Both the position numbers and the translations under genes were made by a program. From positions 1 through 57,072 of IMG/VR virus record IMGVR_UViG_3300049485_000050: DNA of 57,072 bases. One strand, 5' to 3'. Position 1 is the first letter of the stretch. Each line of letters starts with the position of its first letter. Source of the stretch: a virus. Taxonomy: Duplodnaviria; Caudoviricetes. Below, one piece after another: positions 37,728-46,505 of this stretch. The notes beneath the pieces were generated by a model. The model worked only from the letters and a program-made list of their open reading frames with translations. It was not told where the DNA came from and did no database searches.

Positions 37728-38608
37728 TGCTTGATAGTATCGACAATGAAGAATTAGTTAAAATCCCTGTTATCGCAGAAGATGAACAATTCAAAGACAG
37801 GCTACCTAAAGGCTATCTATCAGTTTCACAAGTCACACAATTTATGAAGTGCGGAGAAGCCTACTACTACCGCTACGTTATGGGTCGCCAGGTTCCCTCG
37901 AACGTGTTTCAGGTGCAAGGGCGCGGCGTGCATAAGGCAGCTGAAAAGCTGCACCTGAGTATGATTGCAGAGGCACCTATCGGTGAGCCTGAGATGCTTC
38001 AAGCATATTCTGATTTATACGATGCTGAGATCGAGACAGCAGTCAGCGAACACAATGAGAGTGATGAGGCCGATGAAAAAGACGCCAACGATAAAGATAT
38101 CGGAATTAGGCTCACCAGGAAATATCATAAAGTGGCCTTGGGTAACGCATGTGATGCCTCTGGCAAACCCGTACCTGCGGTGCAACCTATAGCTGCTGAA
38201 CGCGTTGTGCGCGTAAATATTATTACGGAAGAAAGCCTGGTCATTCCGTTTCTAGGCGTAATCGATCTAGAAGAACGTGATGCGATTACTGACCTGAAGA
38301 CTAAAAAGAAGGCGTCTTCACAGGCTGACACGGACAACAGCTTGCAGCTGAGTCTATACGCGCACGTTACAGGTAAGCCTGTAGTGCGGCTCGATCAGCT
38401 AGTCAAGCCGACAAAGACATTGCCTGTGCGATTTATTCGTACGGAATCAGTGCGAACAAAAAATGAGGTTCTGCACGCACTTGATGTAGTATCGCAGGTC
38501 GCACAGGACATTGCGTCAGGTCGCTTCAGAAAGACCAATCCTGAAAACTGGTGGTGCACGTCTAAATGGTGCCCTTATTGGAGCGATTGCCGCGGACGGA
38601 GGCGTTGA
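37724..38608 (+). CDS. PD-(D/E)XK nuclease, Cas4/RecB-like
   Basis: LSVSQV..F.KC, G..VH, GVIDL, TDLKT, QLSLYA, C-terminal C...WCPY...C. Confidence 0.85.
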   Translation: MMLDSIDNEELVKIPVIAEDEQFKDRLPKGYLSVSQVTQFMKCGEAYYYRYVMGRQVPSNVFQVQGRGVHKAAEKLHLSMIAEAPIGEPEMLQAYSDLYDAEIETAVSEHNESDEADEKDANDKDIGIRLTRKYHKVALGNACDASGKPVPAVQPIAAERVVRVNIITEESLVIPFLGVIDLEERDAITDLKTKKKASSQADTDNSLQLSLYAHVTGKPVVRLDQLVKPTKTLPVRFIRTESVRTKNEVLHALDVVSQVAQDIASGRFRKTNPENWWCTSKWCPYWSDCRGRRR

Positions 38609-39040
38609 ATGGCTGACAACTACTGGGACAACTCGGGCGGACAGCCCAATCTGTCACGCCTGCCTATCGAAGTACGTGAGGGGATGGCTCGGCCCATCCC
38701 GATGCGCGACGATGAAGTCTACGCAGCGGTCATGATTTTCAAACAGTCGCCGGGGCTCAACCACCCCAACGGGCGTTGCAATGTGGTTGCGTATCGCACA
38801 ACAAATAACGCAGTTGTGCCGATGGACAAAGGTATTCAGTTGGACTTCTCGGAGTTCTCCGGTAAGTTCCCGCTGGCTACTGTTGTAATTGATGTAAAGG
38901 GAGCTGAACCCTTTGTAGCGAATCTCCTGCGTGCCTATGCTGAACTCGGGGGTGACGTGCAGGCTGCCGTTAAACGCGCAGGTATCACACGCACGCCAGC
39001 AGAACATATCGCCTACTTTGAAGAAAAAAGTAACGACTGA
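38609..39040 (+). CDS. Hypothetical protein
   Basis: GGAGG RBS; abuts the upstream stop. Confidence 0.7.
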   Translation: MADNYWDNSGGQPNLSRLPIEVREGMARPIPMRDDEVYAAVMIFKQSPGLNHPNGRCNVVAYRTTNNAVVPMDKGIQLDFSEFSGKFPLATVVIDVKGAEPFVANLLRAYAELGGDVQAAVKRAGITRTPAEHIAYFEEKSND

Positions 39041-39060
39041 ATTATTTTATGCCGTAAAGG

Positions 39061-39103
39061 CTTTTTATAATAAAAAGACGTCCTAATAAGGTAAAAGGAT
39101 GTA
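39061..39103 (+). promoter_or_regulatory. Candidate phage-specific promoter, copy 2
   Basis: Palindrome CTTTTTAT-A-ATAAAAAG followed by GGTAAAAGGATGTA. Confidence 0.5.
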
Positions 39104-39132
39104 CACTTCTCCGACTCTAGCTCAGGAGCTAT

Positions 39133-39294
39133 ATGGAGAAGTTCGGCGTCGATGAGACACCTAGTTTGAATAGAAAATACGGCGAAACAGATCTTGACAT
39201 ATGCCCGCGCTGTGGGGCACGGTTACAAAAACATGGACGTGTTGTTTTATGTCCAACACACGGATCAGAGCCTTTTGAACATGACGATAGGTAA
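39133..39294 (+). CDS. 53-aa zinc-ribbon protein
   Basis: Below the ORF-track cutoff. AGGAG RBS; MEKFGVDE...CPRCG...LCPTHGSEPFEHDDR. Confidence 0.7.
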   Translation: MEKFGVDETPSLNRKYGETDLDICPRCGARLQKHGRVVLCPTHGSEPFEHDDR

Positions 39295-39532
39295 ACGTAG
39301 CAGTCTTGTACGTTCTATTAGTGATTTAGTCACACAGCGCGCAAGCGTTATACGCGCGTTGTATATCGTTAGCGTTGCCACAAACGGGCCGAGAGACGAA
39401 ATACTAGCAGAGTTTCATCAAGCAGTCGGTGACGTACTTGAGGGGGTAGCGTTATCACAACTCGATCTAGCTTTCATAAATAGGATGAAAGTGAAAGAAG
39501 AGGCAGCTTGGTTAAGGGACCGCAACGAGTAA
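39281..39532 (+). CDS. Hypothetical protein
   Basis: Start re-assigned to ATG 39281 (MTIGKRS), overlapping the zinc-ribbon ORF end. Confidence 0.55.
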   Translation: MTIGKRSSLVRSISDLVTQRASVIRALYIVSVATNGPRDEILAEFHQAVGDVLEGVALSQLDLAFINRMKVKEEAAWLRDRNE

Positions 39533-39705
39533 TCAGTTACGAGTTCACGCACACTGCAAATGATCCAACAACTGTTACGCTAGTTTCGCCGTTCAGAAAT
39601 TTTCTACAGGTGGTTGACGAAATCATTCGTTGGCTACAACTACCGCATATCGTTTCCGCGTTTGCGAGTATTGTTGCGTTTTTGCGCAGCTTGTTTACGA
39701 ACTAG
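39508..39705 (+). CDS. Small hypothetical protein with amphipathic C-terminus
   Basis: Fills the gap before parB; GAGG upstream of the TTG start. Confidence 0.4.
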   Translation: MVKGPQRVISYEFTHTANDPTTVTLVSPFRNFLQVVDEIIRWLQLPHIVSAFASIVAFLRSLFTN

Positions 39706-39717
39706 GGGTTTTATTAG

Positions 39718-40728
39718 ATGCCAGCTAAAAAACGCAACGTCACAATACCATTCGAAGCAATTATTGCTGATACTGACTTCAATAGCCGCGTAGAATATCC
39801 AGATATCGAGGCTCTGAAGCAGTCCATTATGGACGATGGGTTGTTGCAGCCAATCGGAGTATCGCAGAAGAACTCCGGTTCAGATACAGAAGGACAGAAG
39901 TTTTTTCTTGTATATGGCTTTCGTCGTTATTTCGCTATTTCCAAGATTCGTGATGAGCTTGGACCTGATGCGTACGCGACGATCGATGCTGTTCTCAATG
40001 AAGGCAACCTGGAAGAACTCCGGGTACGAAATCTCAAAGAGAACATTGAACGTAAAGCACTGACTACTTTTGAAATCGCACAACAGGTCAAGCGCTTGGT
40101 GCTTGCAGGCCTGGAACAACGCGAGATTGCAACGCGTTTGGGGCGTAATCAATCGTGGGTTAGCTACCATCACAAGGTTGCAACGCAGCTGTCTACACAA
40201 GCTCAGCACGCTTTAAAAGCTGGAGATATAACGTTAGAGCAGGCGCTACACATCGCGGATGTTCCGGAAGAACAACAGAACGCGTTGGTAACGCAGGTAC
40301 TTAACGCAGATACGCGTGCAGACGTGCGTAAGCTGTTGAAGGACGCTGCAAGTGAAAATGGCAAACGGCGTAAATACACCAATAAGGGACGCCCTACATC
40401 ACGTAATCTAATGCAATGGGTTAGTGACGTGTCGTTCGAAGCCGAGTCGCGTGTAAATGACAAACACGACAAAGTTTTTTATAATGGTGTCGCTGCGGGT
40501 ATGCGCGTAGCCCTGGGTGACTTGGAGCTCAAAGAGCTCAAAGCTGTAACTAAGTACTCCGACATAAACTATCACGCAAAAGACAACAAAGCAGAGGAAG
40601 AACCAGGGTTGGAGAGTGTAGATCAGGAATCTGACGAGGACGTAGCTGCGGCTACTGCTGATGCAGCGCCTGTTAAAAAGAAGCGTGGGCGTCCAAGGAA
40701 AATTGTGACGGTTTCTAACTCTCTCTAA
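39718..40728 (+). CDS. parB: ParB/Spo0J-like protein
   Basis: LKQSI..DGLLQPI, YGFRRY, ENIERKAL, HTH QREIATRLGRNQSWVS; C-terminal AT-hook-like KRGRPRK. Confidence 0.85.
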   Translation: MPAKKRNVTIPFEAIIADTDFNSRVEYPDIEALKQSIMDDGLLQPIGVSQKNSGSDTEGQKFFLVYGFRRYFAISKIRDELGPDAYATIDAVLNEGNLEELRVRNLKENIERKALTTFEIAQQVKRLVLAGLEQREIATRLGRNQSWVSYHHKVATQLSTQAQHALKAGDITLEQALHIADVPEEQQNALVTQVLNADTRADVRKLLKDAASENGKRRKYTNKGRPTSRNLMQWVSDVSFEAESRVNDKHDKVFYNGVAAGMRVALGDLELKELKAVTKYSDINYHAKDNKAEEEPGLESVDQESDEDVAAATADAAPVKKKRGRPRKIVTVSNSL

Positions 40729-41408
40729 TTCATGCGCGCTGCGGCGTTGCGCAATTTGGATATTGCAGTCTCGCGTAACTGCCGCACGCGCTCTCCTGTT
40801 ATTTCTAATATACGCCCTATCTGCTTTAGCGTTTTAGGGCCCGTATGGATACCGAACGATGCTTTAATGATATACGTCTCACGTATAGATAAATTTGTGG
40901 TGTCGAAAAGTTTTAATAGACTTTGCTGCATCTCGATGGTGACAGCATAGCCTTCTATATTGGAATCGTTGTCACTTATAGTATTTTCGGTGAATTCCGT
41001 CGTATTAGGGACACGTATACCTTTCGCCATTGCGTGCGTTGGTACATGCACTAGCCCTAGACGACGGCTTTCTTCACGCATTTCGTGGCGTACCCACCAA
41101 CTGGCATACGTCAGAAACCGAGTCCCTGCTTCAGGTTTAAATTTGGTAAGCGCGCGAATTAATCCGATGTTTCCAGCAGCTATCAAGTCTTCTAAGGTTT
41201 GCCGTTCCATATAACTGCGTGGATGCTTGCGGGCCTCGGATATAACGTAACGTAGCGCGCCTTTGACTATTAAATCTTTTGCTTTTGCGTCTTTGGTATT
41301 CTTATATCGTTGGATGAGTTCTCGCTCGTTTTCTGCGCTCAGCATGCTCGTGGCTTCGACTTCTTTGTAATAACGAGCAAGCGAATCGTTGGACGGTTTT
41401 GAACTCAT
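40725..41408 (-). CDS. Sigma-70 family sigma factor (regions 1.2, 2 and 4)
   Basis: DSLARYY, LEDLIAAGNIGLIRA..KF..GTRFLTYASWWVR, KTLKQIGRILEITGERVRQL. Confidence 0.92.
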   Translation of the reverse strand: MSSKPSNDSLARYYKEVEATSMLSAENERELIQRYKNTKDAKAKDLIVKGALRYVISEARKHPRSYMERQTLEDLIAAGNIGLIRALTKFKPEAGTRFLTYASWWVRHEMREESRRLGLVHVPTHAMAKGIRVPNTTEFTENTISDNDSNIEGYAVTIEMQQSLLKLFDTTNLSIRETYIIKASFGIHTGPKTLKQIGRILEITGERVRQLRETAISKLRNAAARMN

Positions 41409-41488
41409 GTTTCTATCTCAGCTATTGTGCTGCTATACAGTTTGGGGTAGCTTACCAGTTCGTCAAACAGCCTTAGAGGGCATCCAGC

Positions 41489-42316
41489 ATGAGCAATGAA
41501 ATTCAGAAGTATGATGACACAATCAACAGCGTATCGACACTACTCAAAGCCTACGCAGATACCGTCTCTGATACAGCACTAGGTCTGAAGATTCAAGAAC
41601 TGTCAGACCAAACAATCACGACAGTGAAGGGTATTGAAGGCCCACAGCGCTCTCGGATCACGCAGCTGATGTTGAAACAGAACATGTCGAATTCGCCGAC
41701 GATACCATCGAATACCGCTGCCGGTCAATTGTACACATCCAAAAGTGATCATATCGGGGATAGTCTAGAATTCATCCCGATTTTCACGCACAACATGCGT
41801 ACCAAGTGGGGCGAGGACAAAGTAGAGTGTCGCTCACTTGATGCGATTACAGGTTCGAAATATGGCGAATGCGCCAAGTGTCCTTACGGACGTTATGTCC
41901 CCGATGAACGGCCTGATTGCAGCAAGGGACTGAGCTATTACGTAATGACCAGTGATTTGTCTGCACTGTACAAGATCGACTTCATAAAGACGAGCGCCAA
42001 AGCAGGCCGCGCTATTAGCCAACTGGCATCACCTCCACATCTGTGGACACGCTCGTTTATTCTGTCGTCTGAACGCGTCGTACAGCCAAAAGTCAATTAC
42101 TTCATACTCAAAGTAGCCGCGACAAACCACCGCACGTCTCCTGAGATTAGCAAGGTTTGCGACTTACTATTTGAATTCTTTCAGACAAGCTATAGAAAAG
42201 CGGTACTCGTGCAGGCTGAGTACATTAAAACGGGTGGCCTTATTGGCTCGGGTGGAATTATCCCCGCCGAAGGCGAAGAAGTCCCGCAAGAGATCAACTT
42301 CCGCGATTCGGTCTGA
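41489..42316 (+). CDS. Putative ssDNA-binding/recombination protein
   Basis: CRSLD..G...CAKCPY...C motif, beta-rich core, acidic end; located in the replication cluster. Confidence 0.4.
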   Translation: MSNEIQKYDDTINSVSTLLKAYADTVSDTALGLKIQELSDQTITTVKGIEGPQRSRITQLMLKQNMSNSPTIPSNTAAGQLYTSKSDHIGDSLEFIPIFTHNMRTKWGEDKVECRSLDAITGSKYGECAKCPYGRYVPDERPDCSKGLSYYVMTSDLSALYKIDFIKTSAKAGRAISQLASPPHLWTRSFILSSERVVQPKVNYFILKVAATNHRTSPEISKVCDLLFEFFQTSYRKAVLVQAEYIKTGGLIGSGGIIPAEGEEVPQEINFRDSV

Positions 42317-42322
42317 TTAATT

Positions 42323-42359
42323 AGCAGCGCAATATCCTAGGGTACTGCGCTGCTTTTTT
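42323..42359 (+). terminator. Rho-independent terminator
   Basis: AGCAGCGCA...TGCGCTGCT followed by a T run. Confidence 0.8.
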
Positions 42360-42361
42360 AG

Positions 42362-43177
42362 GTGCCTATGTCAAAAGCTTTGCCTTTGTTGAAATATGCC
42401 GCGTGGTCGCCTTCAAAGGCTTCTCTCGCAGGTACTTGTCCGCTAGCGTTTAAATACCGCTATGTTGATAAAATACCTACTGGCGACAAAGGTACTGCTG
42501 CAAAAGTAGGCGTGGCCGTTCATAGAGCGCAGGAGCTGCTCTTACAAGGACAGTCGATCCACGCCTGTCTCGACAACGCGATACTAGAGACAGAAGCTGA
42601 GCTCACGTACAACGATCAAGAGAAAGTGCGTTCTTTCGCACAGAACATGTTGGAGTTCCAGAAACGTATAAATAAATTCACAGTGAATAATCCTGTGAAA
42701 CAAATGTTACTGGAATCCAAATGGGCTGTTACTGCAGGATTTAAATCCTGCGAGTTCTTCGACGAGGAGGGTATCATCCGCGGCATCGTGGATATGTCCT
42801 TGGTTTTGGAGAGTGACTATGTTATCGTCATCGACCATAAGTCTGGAAGAGTCCGCCCCGCGTCTTACTATAAGACACAATTAGACTTCTATACAGTCAT
42901 GGCGCTTGCAGTTTTTCCTCATTTAAAAGGGGTTCAATGCGCCCTACACTATGTAGCCCACGGTAAACTTGAATGGGGAAGTCCTGTTACGCCTCAGTAT
43001 ATACGTGAGGTATTACAGCCGTGGTTGCTTGGCTATTTGAATAAAAAGGCTGAGCGAATAGACGCAGCTATTGCAACGCCGGGAATGCATTGCAAATGGT
43101 GCGATTTCCGTGAAATTTGTCCGTTCCGGGGGTTTAATGGCGAAGCAAGAAAAGGGGACGAAAACACCCAAGTTTGA
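42362..43177 (+). CDS. PD-(D/E)XK exonuclease, Cas4/RecB-like
   Basis: WSPS...CP..F.Y.Y, GVAVH, RGIVD, IDHKSG, QLDFY, CKWCDF..IC. Confidence 0.85.
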   Translation: MPMSKALPLLKYAAWSPSKASLAGTCPLAFKYRYVDKIPTGDKGTAAKVGVAVHRAQELLLQGQSIHACLDNAILETEAELTYNDQEKVRSFAQNMLEFQKRINKFTVNNPVKQMLLESKWAVTAGFKSCEFFDEEGIIRGIVDMSLVLESDYVIVIDHKSGRVRPASYYKTQLDFYTVMALAVFPHLKGVQCALHYVAHGKLEWGSPVTPQYIREVLQPWLLGYLNKKAERIDAAIATPGMHCKWCDFREICPFRGFNGEARKGDENTQV

Positions 43178-46100
43178 TCCGACTGAGCTTCGTAAGCTTT
43201 GGAAGCAACCTACCGAAACCTGGATGACACTACTGAATACAGTAGGTGCCCAGCAGGTAAAACATGCAGGCCAGACAATCAAGCTCCAGTGTCCGTACCA
43301 CCCGGATAATAACCCGTCGGGTACGTTGAATATATATAAAGGTCACTTTAAGTGCTTTGCATGTAGCACTTATATTGCTGACCCTATCAAGTTCGTTAGT
43401 AAGTATGTTCAAGGTAGCTATATGGAAGTGGCACGGACTTTCCGCGACCATTTCAAAATTGAGAAGCTTGATCTCAAGAAATTAGATGAAACGGAGTTGG
43501 AGCAGCACCGCATGAAGCTGCTGTGCGACGTATTTCATCGTTATTTATGCAACGTGTGGGTTGCAGATAAAGCGCCCCAATCAGCTGTAGCTACCGTCAC
43601 TTGGCTGAAAAACCGAGGCCTTACATCGATAGAAATGCTGGGCTGTATAGGTATGCTGCCCACGTCGGTTGATCTTCAAAAATTGTGTGCTCAGGCTGGC
43701 GCTAGTGAAGATGACATTCTCTGGTGTACGCGTCTCGTTGGTGATTATTTAAATGTCACCTACATGAATTGCGTCGTATATACGTACGGTTTGTCTCCCG
43801 ACAAATTGACTGCGTTTAAATTACGTATACCCGGACCGGACAAAGAGTCCGTACGGTTTATAAAGGCTGTGGATACTGCGGAGCTAGGCGCATTTGGGTT
43901 AAATATATCTGCTTTTGCTAAACACTATTCAAGTGAAAAAGTTACGCGATTTACGGCTGTAGAGGGTGAACACGATGCCCTTGCAATGGTTCAAGGCATG
44001 TTGACGCACTGCGCTGATGTAGATGAGGTAGTCATAGCGCTTGGAGGTGCCGGACACAACGGCGTCGATTTTATGCTTGACTTAGGATTTACTGAATGCC
44101 GGTTAATCGGGGATGATGACGCAGCAGGCGATCTTTATCCAACCAGTGTTCTGCCTAAGACGCGTGATGTCACCCTTCAAGTATTCAAATGGCCTCAACG
44201 TATACGCAACCATGTACCGGGTAAGATAGATCCTGACGAGGCTATAAAGGTCCACGGTTTTGATATTGTGTACCGTGAATTCTGTAATCCGAAGAATTAT
44301 GAATACGCAACACGTTGGTGCGTAGACCGTGCGAAGATAAAAATAGCTGCCATTAATCCTGACAACGTTATCGGTCTGCAGGAGGTAGCCACCGAATTTA
44401 CTGGCTACTTAAAGAATGATACTGAACGTCAAGTCTTTGCTGATGAATTCAGCAAGCTGTGCCCAAGTCTTCCTGCTAGCGAAATACTACGGTACACACG
44501 TCTTAAAGACGACTCATCCCTGGGTTTTGTAGAGAAGATAAAAGATTGGATGGGGGAGACATACCAAACCACTACGTGGGACAGCCATACAGGCGTACTC
44601 AAACTGTGGAACAAGAAACTAAAGCAGTATTTATACGTATCTGTCGATAAAGATGCTGCAATTACTCAATTCAAACGCTACACAAGTAAAGGTAGTCTTT
44701 ATTACTGGGCGCGTGACGATATCGGATTACCTTCGTACTTCCCCGACGTAGAAGCCCCTGATGCAGGACAAACTGCCTTGGATAAAACTGAAGATATGAT
44801 CGCGCGTGATGTACAGCGCGCGTACAGTATGCTTTCTGCTGAATCGGTAGATGAAGCCAAAACCCGCGTCAAAGGGCAAGGCATTCACCTTGACCATACG
44901 CAGAATGGCGCCCCGGGCTATTTTATAAATGGCAACAGTATTTACAAGCTAAAATGGTCACCTGATTTTAGTAAATTAACCGCTGTCACGGAATTAGAGG
45001 GACCGTTTGATGACGGGCAGGTGTTTGACCTAGAGCATCGCTATAACCTCATTGATGACATGCGTATAGGTTGGACGGAACTCATTAAATCACCAAAAGA
45101 TTTAATGCAGCGGCCGGTGTACAACCCATTTGAGTGTTTTCAGAAAGTACACAAGCTCATTAATCTCGGCTTTGAATTCAAAAACCAAGAAGTTGACTCT
45201 CTATACTGTGCAGGCCTGGTTTTCTATAACTACCTGTACGACGTAATGCCTACGCGGAGAATGCTTACGCATTTCTACGCGCAGTTCGAATCGGGAAAGA
45301 CGACACTTCTTTCGGTAACCTCCAACCACCTACAGTTACGAGAGTTTTCGCTATGTGACCATGCGCTAGCTCTCGATACATTCACACAAGCTGCGTTCTA
45401 CCAGACATTCACAAATACAAGACTTGTTGCCGTTTTGGATGAAATGAATGATCCGGATGATGGCTCGATAGAATCCCGTAATCGAAAACTGTTCTATCAA
45501 CGTACGCGGTCGTTAGCCACGAGTGGTTCGACTACGCTCAACCAGGGAACGGTGGACGGTAAGGGTCGCTCTTTTAATATCGCTAATACGGTGATTACTG
45601 CGAGTGGCACGCCTATACATGATCCTATGGACGAAAGTCGTTTTAACACGATTAACCTAAAAAAGAACGCCAACCGAAATAACGTGCGCCTGTTGCTACG
45701 CGCAGCATTTACCTCTACGGAGATACAAAATCTCCGCTTGAGCATATTGATTAACGCAATAACGTTAGCGCCTAACGTAGCAACGCAGTACACGTATTTA
45801 TACGACCGGTACGGCAGCCGACGCGAAGCAGATGATAAGGGTACGACGACGATACAGAACGTGGATCGTTTTACTGAGAATCTCATGCCGATGGCGGCCA
45901 TTCTCAATGTGTTTGGTCAAAACGGGCAACAGTTCATTGATAAGTACCGCGATACGCGCAAGCAGCAAGTCTACGAGCGCGCGCACAGCACGCCCGGCCA
46001 TGCGCTCATAGACACCATCCTTACGTCTAGTATTCCTTCGCGCGAAGAAGAGAATCAAATGACGACTATCAAGGCACTCCTCTTACACCCGCACGACCGT

Positions 46101-46505
46101 GAGAAGATAAACAACACAAAGGTTGGTGTTTACTATGATGACGTGTGTAAATGCCTTGGTGTAGTCTGGTCTGAAGTAAGGCTAAACCTGCTAAAGAATC
46201 ATTACAAAACAAGAACACCCTTCGCGCTTAAAGCCGAAGCAGAAACTGTCAGTGATTGGATTCTATACAAGCCCGAGGCGGATAAGCTCGGTATTACACG
46301 TCGACTCATGGCCAAAGGCATGACGAGTGCCTCAAATGTCTATAGCATTATAACCGTACAGGATCTGATCGCTCGCCACGAAGAAGCGGTGGGAGCAGAT
46401 CAAAAAGAAGAGGATGCTAGAGTCGCTGCACTTAATCCGCCGAAGGAGATTTCATTCCGTGAAGCTCCAGCAAGTGCGGTAGACCCGATGGAAGGGCTAG
46501 GTTGA
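43137..46505 (+). CDS. DNA primase-helicase (CHC2 zinc finger, TOPRIM, C-terminal P-loop ATPase)
   Basis: Start likely ATG 43137. CPYH...CFAC; VEGEHDA; GDDDAAG; Walker A variant AQFESGKTT; AVLDE; DESRF. Confidence 0.8.
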   Translation: MAKQEKGTKTPKFDPTELRKLWKQPTETWMTLLNTVGAQQVKHAGQTIKLQCPYHPDNNPSGTLNIYKGHFKCFACSTYIADPIKFVSKYVQGSYMEVARTFRDHFKIEKLDLKKLDETELEQHRMKLLCDVFHRYLCNVWVADKAPQSAVATVTWLKNRGLTSIEMLGCIGMLPTSVDLQKLCAQAGASEDDILWCTRLVGDYLNVTYMNCVVYTYGLSPDKLTAFKLRIPGPDKESVRFIKAVDTAELGAFGLNISAFAKHYSSEKVTRFTAVEGEHDALAMVQGMLTHCADVDEVVIALGGAGHNGVDFMLDLGFTECRLIGDDDAAGDLYPTSVLPKTRDVTLQVFKWPQRIRNHVPGKIDPDEAIKVHGFDIVYREFCNPKNYEYATRWCVDRAKIKIAAINPDNVIGLQEVATEFTGYLKNDTERQVFADEFSKLCPSLPASEILRYTRLKDDSSLGFVEKIKDWMGETYQTTTWDSHTGVLKLWNKKLKQYLYVSVDKDAAITQFKRYTSKGSLYYWARDDIGLPSYFPDVEAPDAGQTALDKTEDMIARDVQRAYSMLSAESVDEAKTRVKGQGIHLDHTQNGAPGYFINGNSIYKLKWSPDFSKLTAVTELEGPFDDGQVFDLEHRYNLIDDMRIGWTELIKSPKDLMQRPVYNPFECFQKVHKLINLGFEFKNQEVDSLYCAGLVFYNYLYDVMPTRRMLTHFYAQFESGKTTLLSVTSNHLQLREFSLCDHALALDTFTQAAFYQTFTNTRLVAVLDEMNDPDDGSIESRNRKLFYQRTRSLATSGSTTLNQGTVDGKGRSFNIANTVITASGTPIHDPMDESRFNTINLKKNANRNNVRLLLRAAFTSTEIQNLRLSILINAITLAPNVATQYTYLYDRYGSRREADDKGTTTIQNVDRFTENLMPMAAILNVFGQNGQQFIDKYRDTRKQQVYERAHSTPGHALIDTILTSSIPSREEENQMTTIKALLLHPHDREKINNTKVGVYYDDVCKCLGVVWSEVRLNLLKNHYKTRTPFALKAEAETVSDWILYKPEADKLGITRRLMAKGMTSASNVYSIITVQDLIARHEEAVGADQKEEDARVAALNPPKEISFREAPASAVDPMEGLG

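Noticed and set aside
37724-43177. CRISPR-Cas locus suggested by Cas4-like genes
   Set aside because: No repeat-spacer array and no cas1 or cas2 seen in the window.
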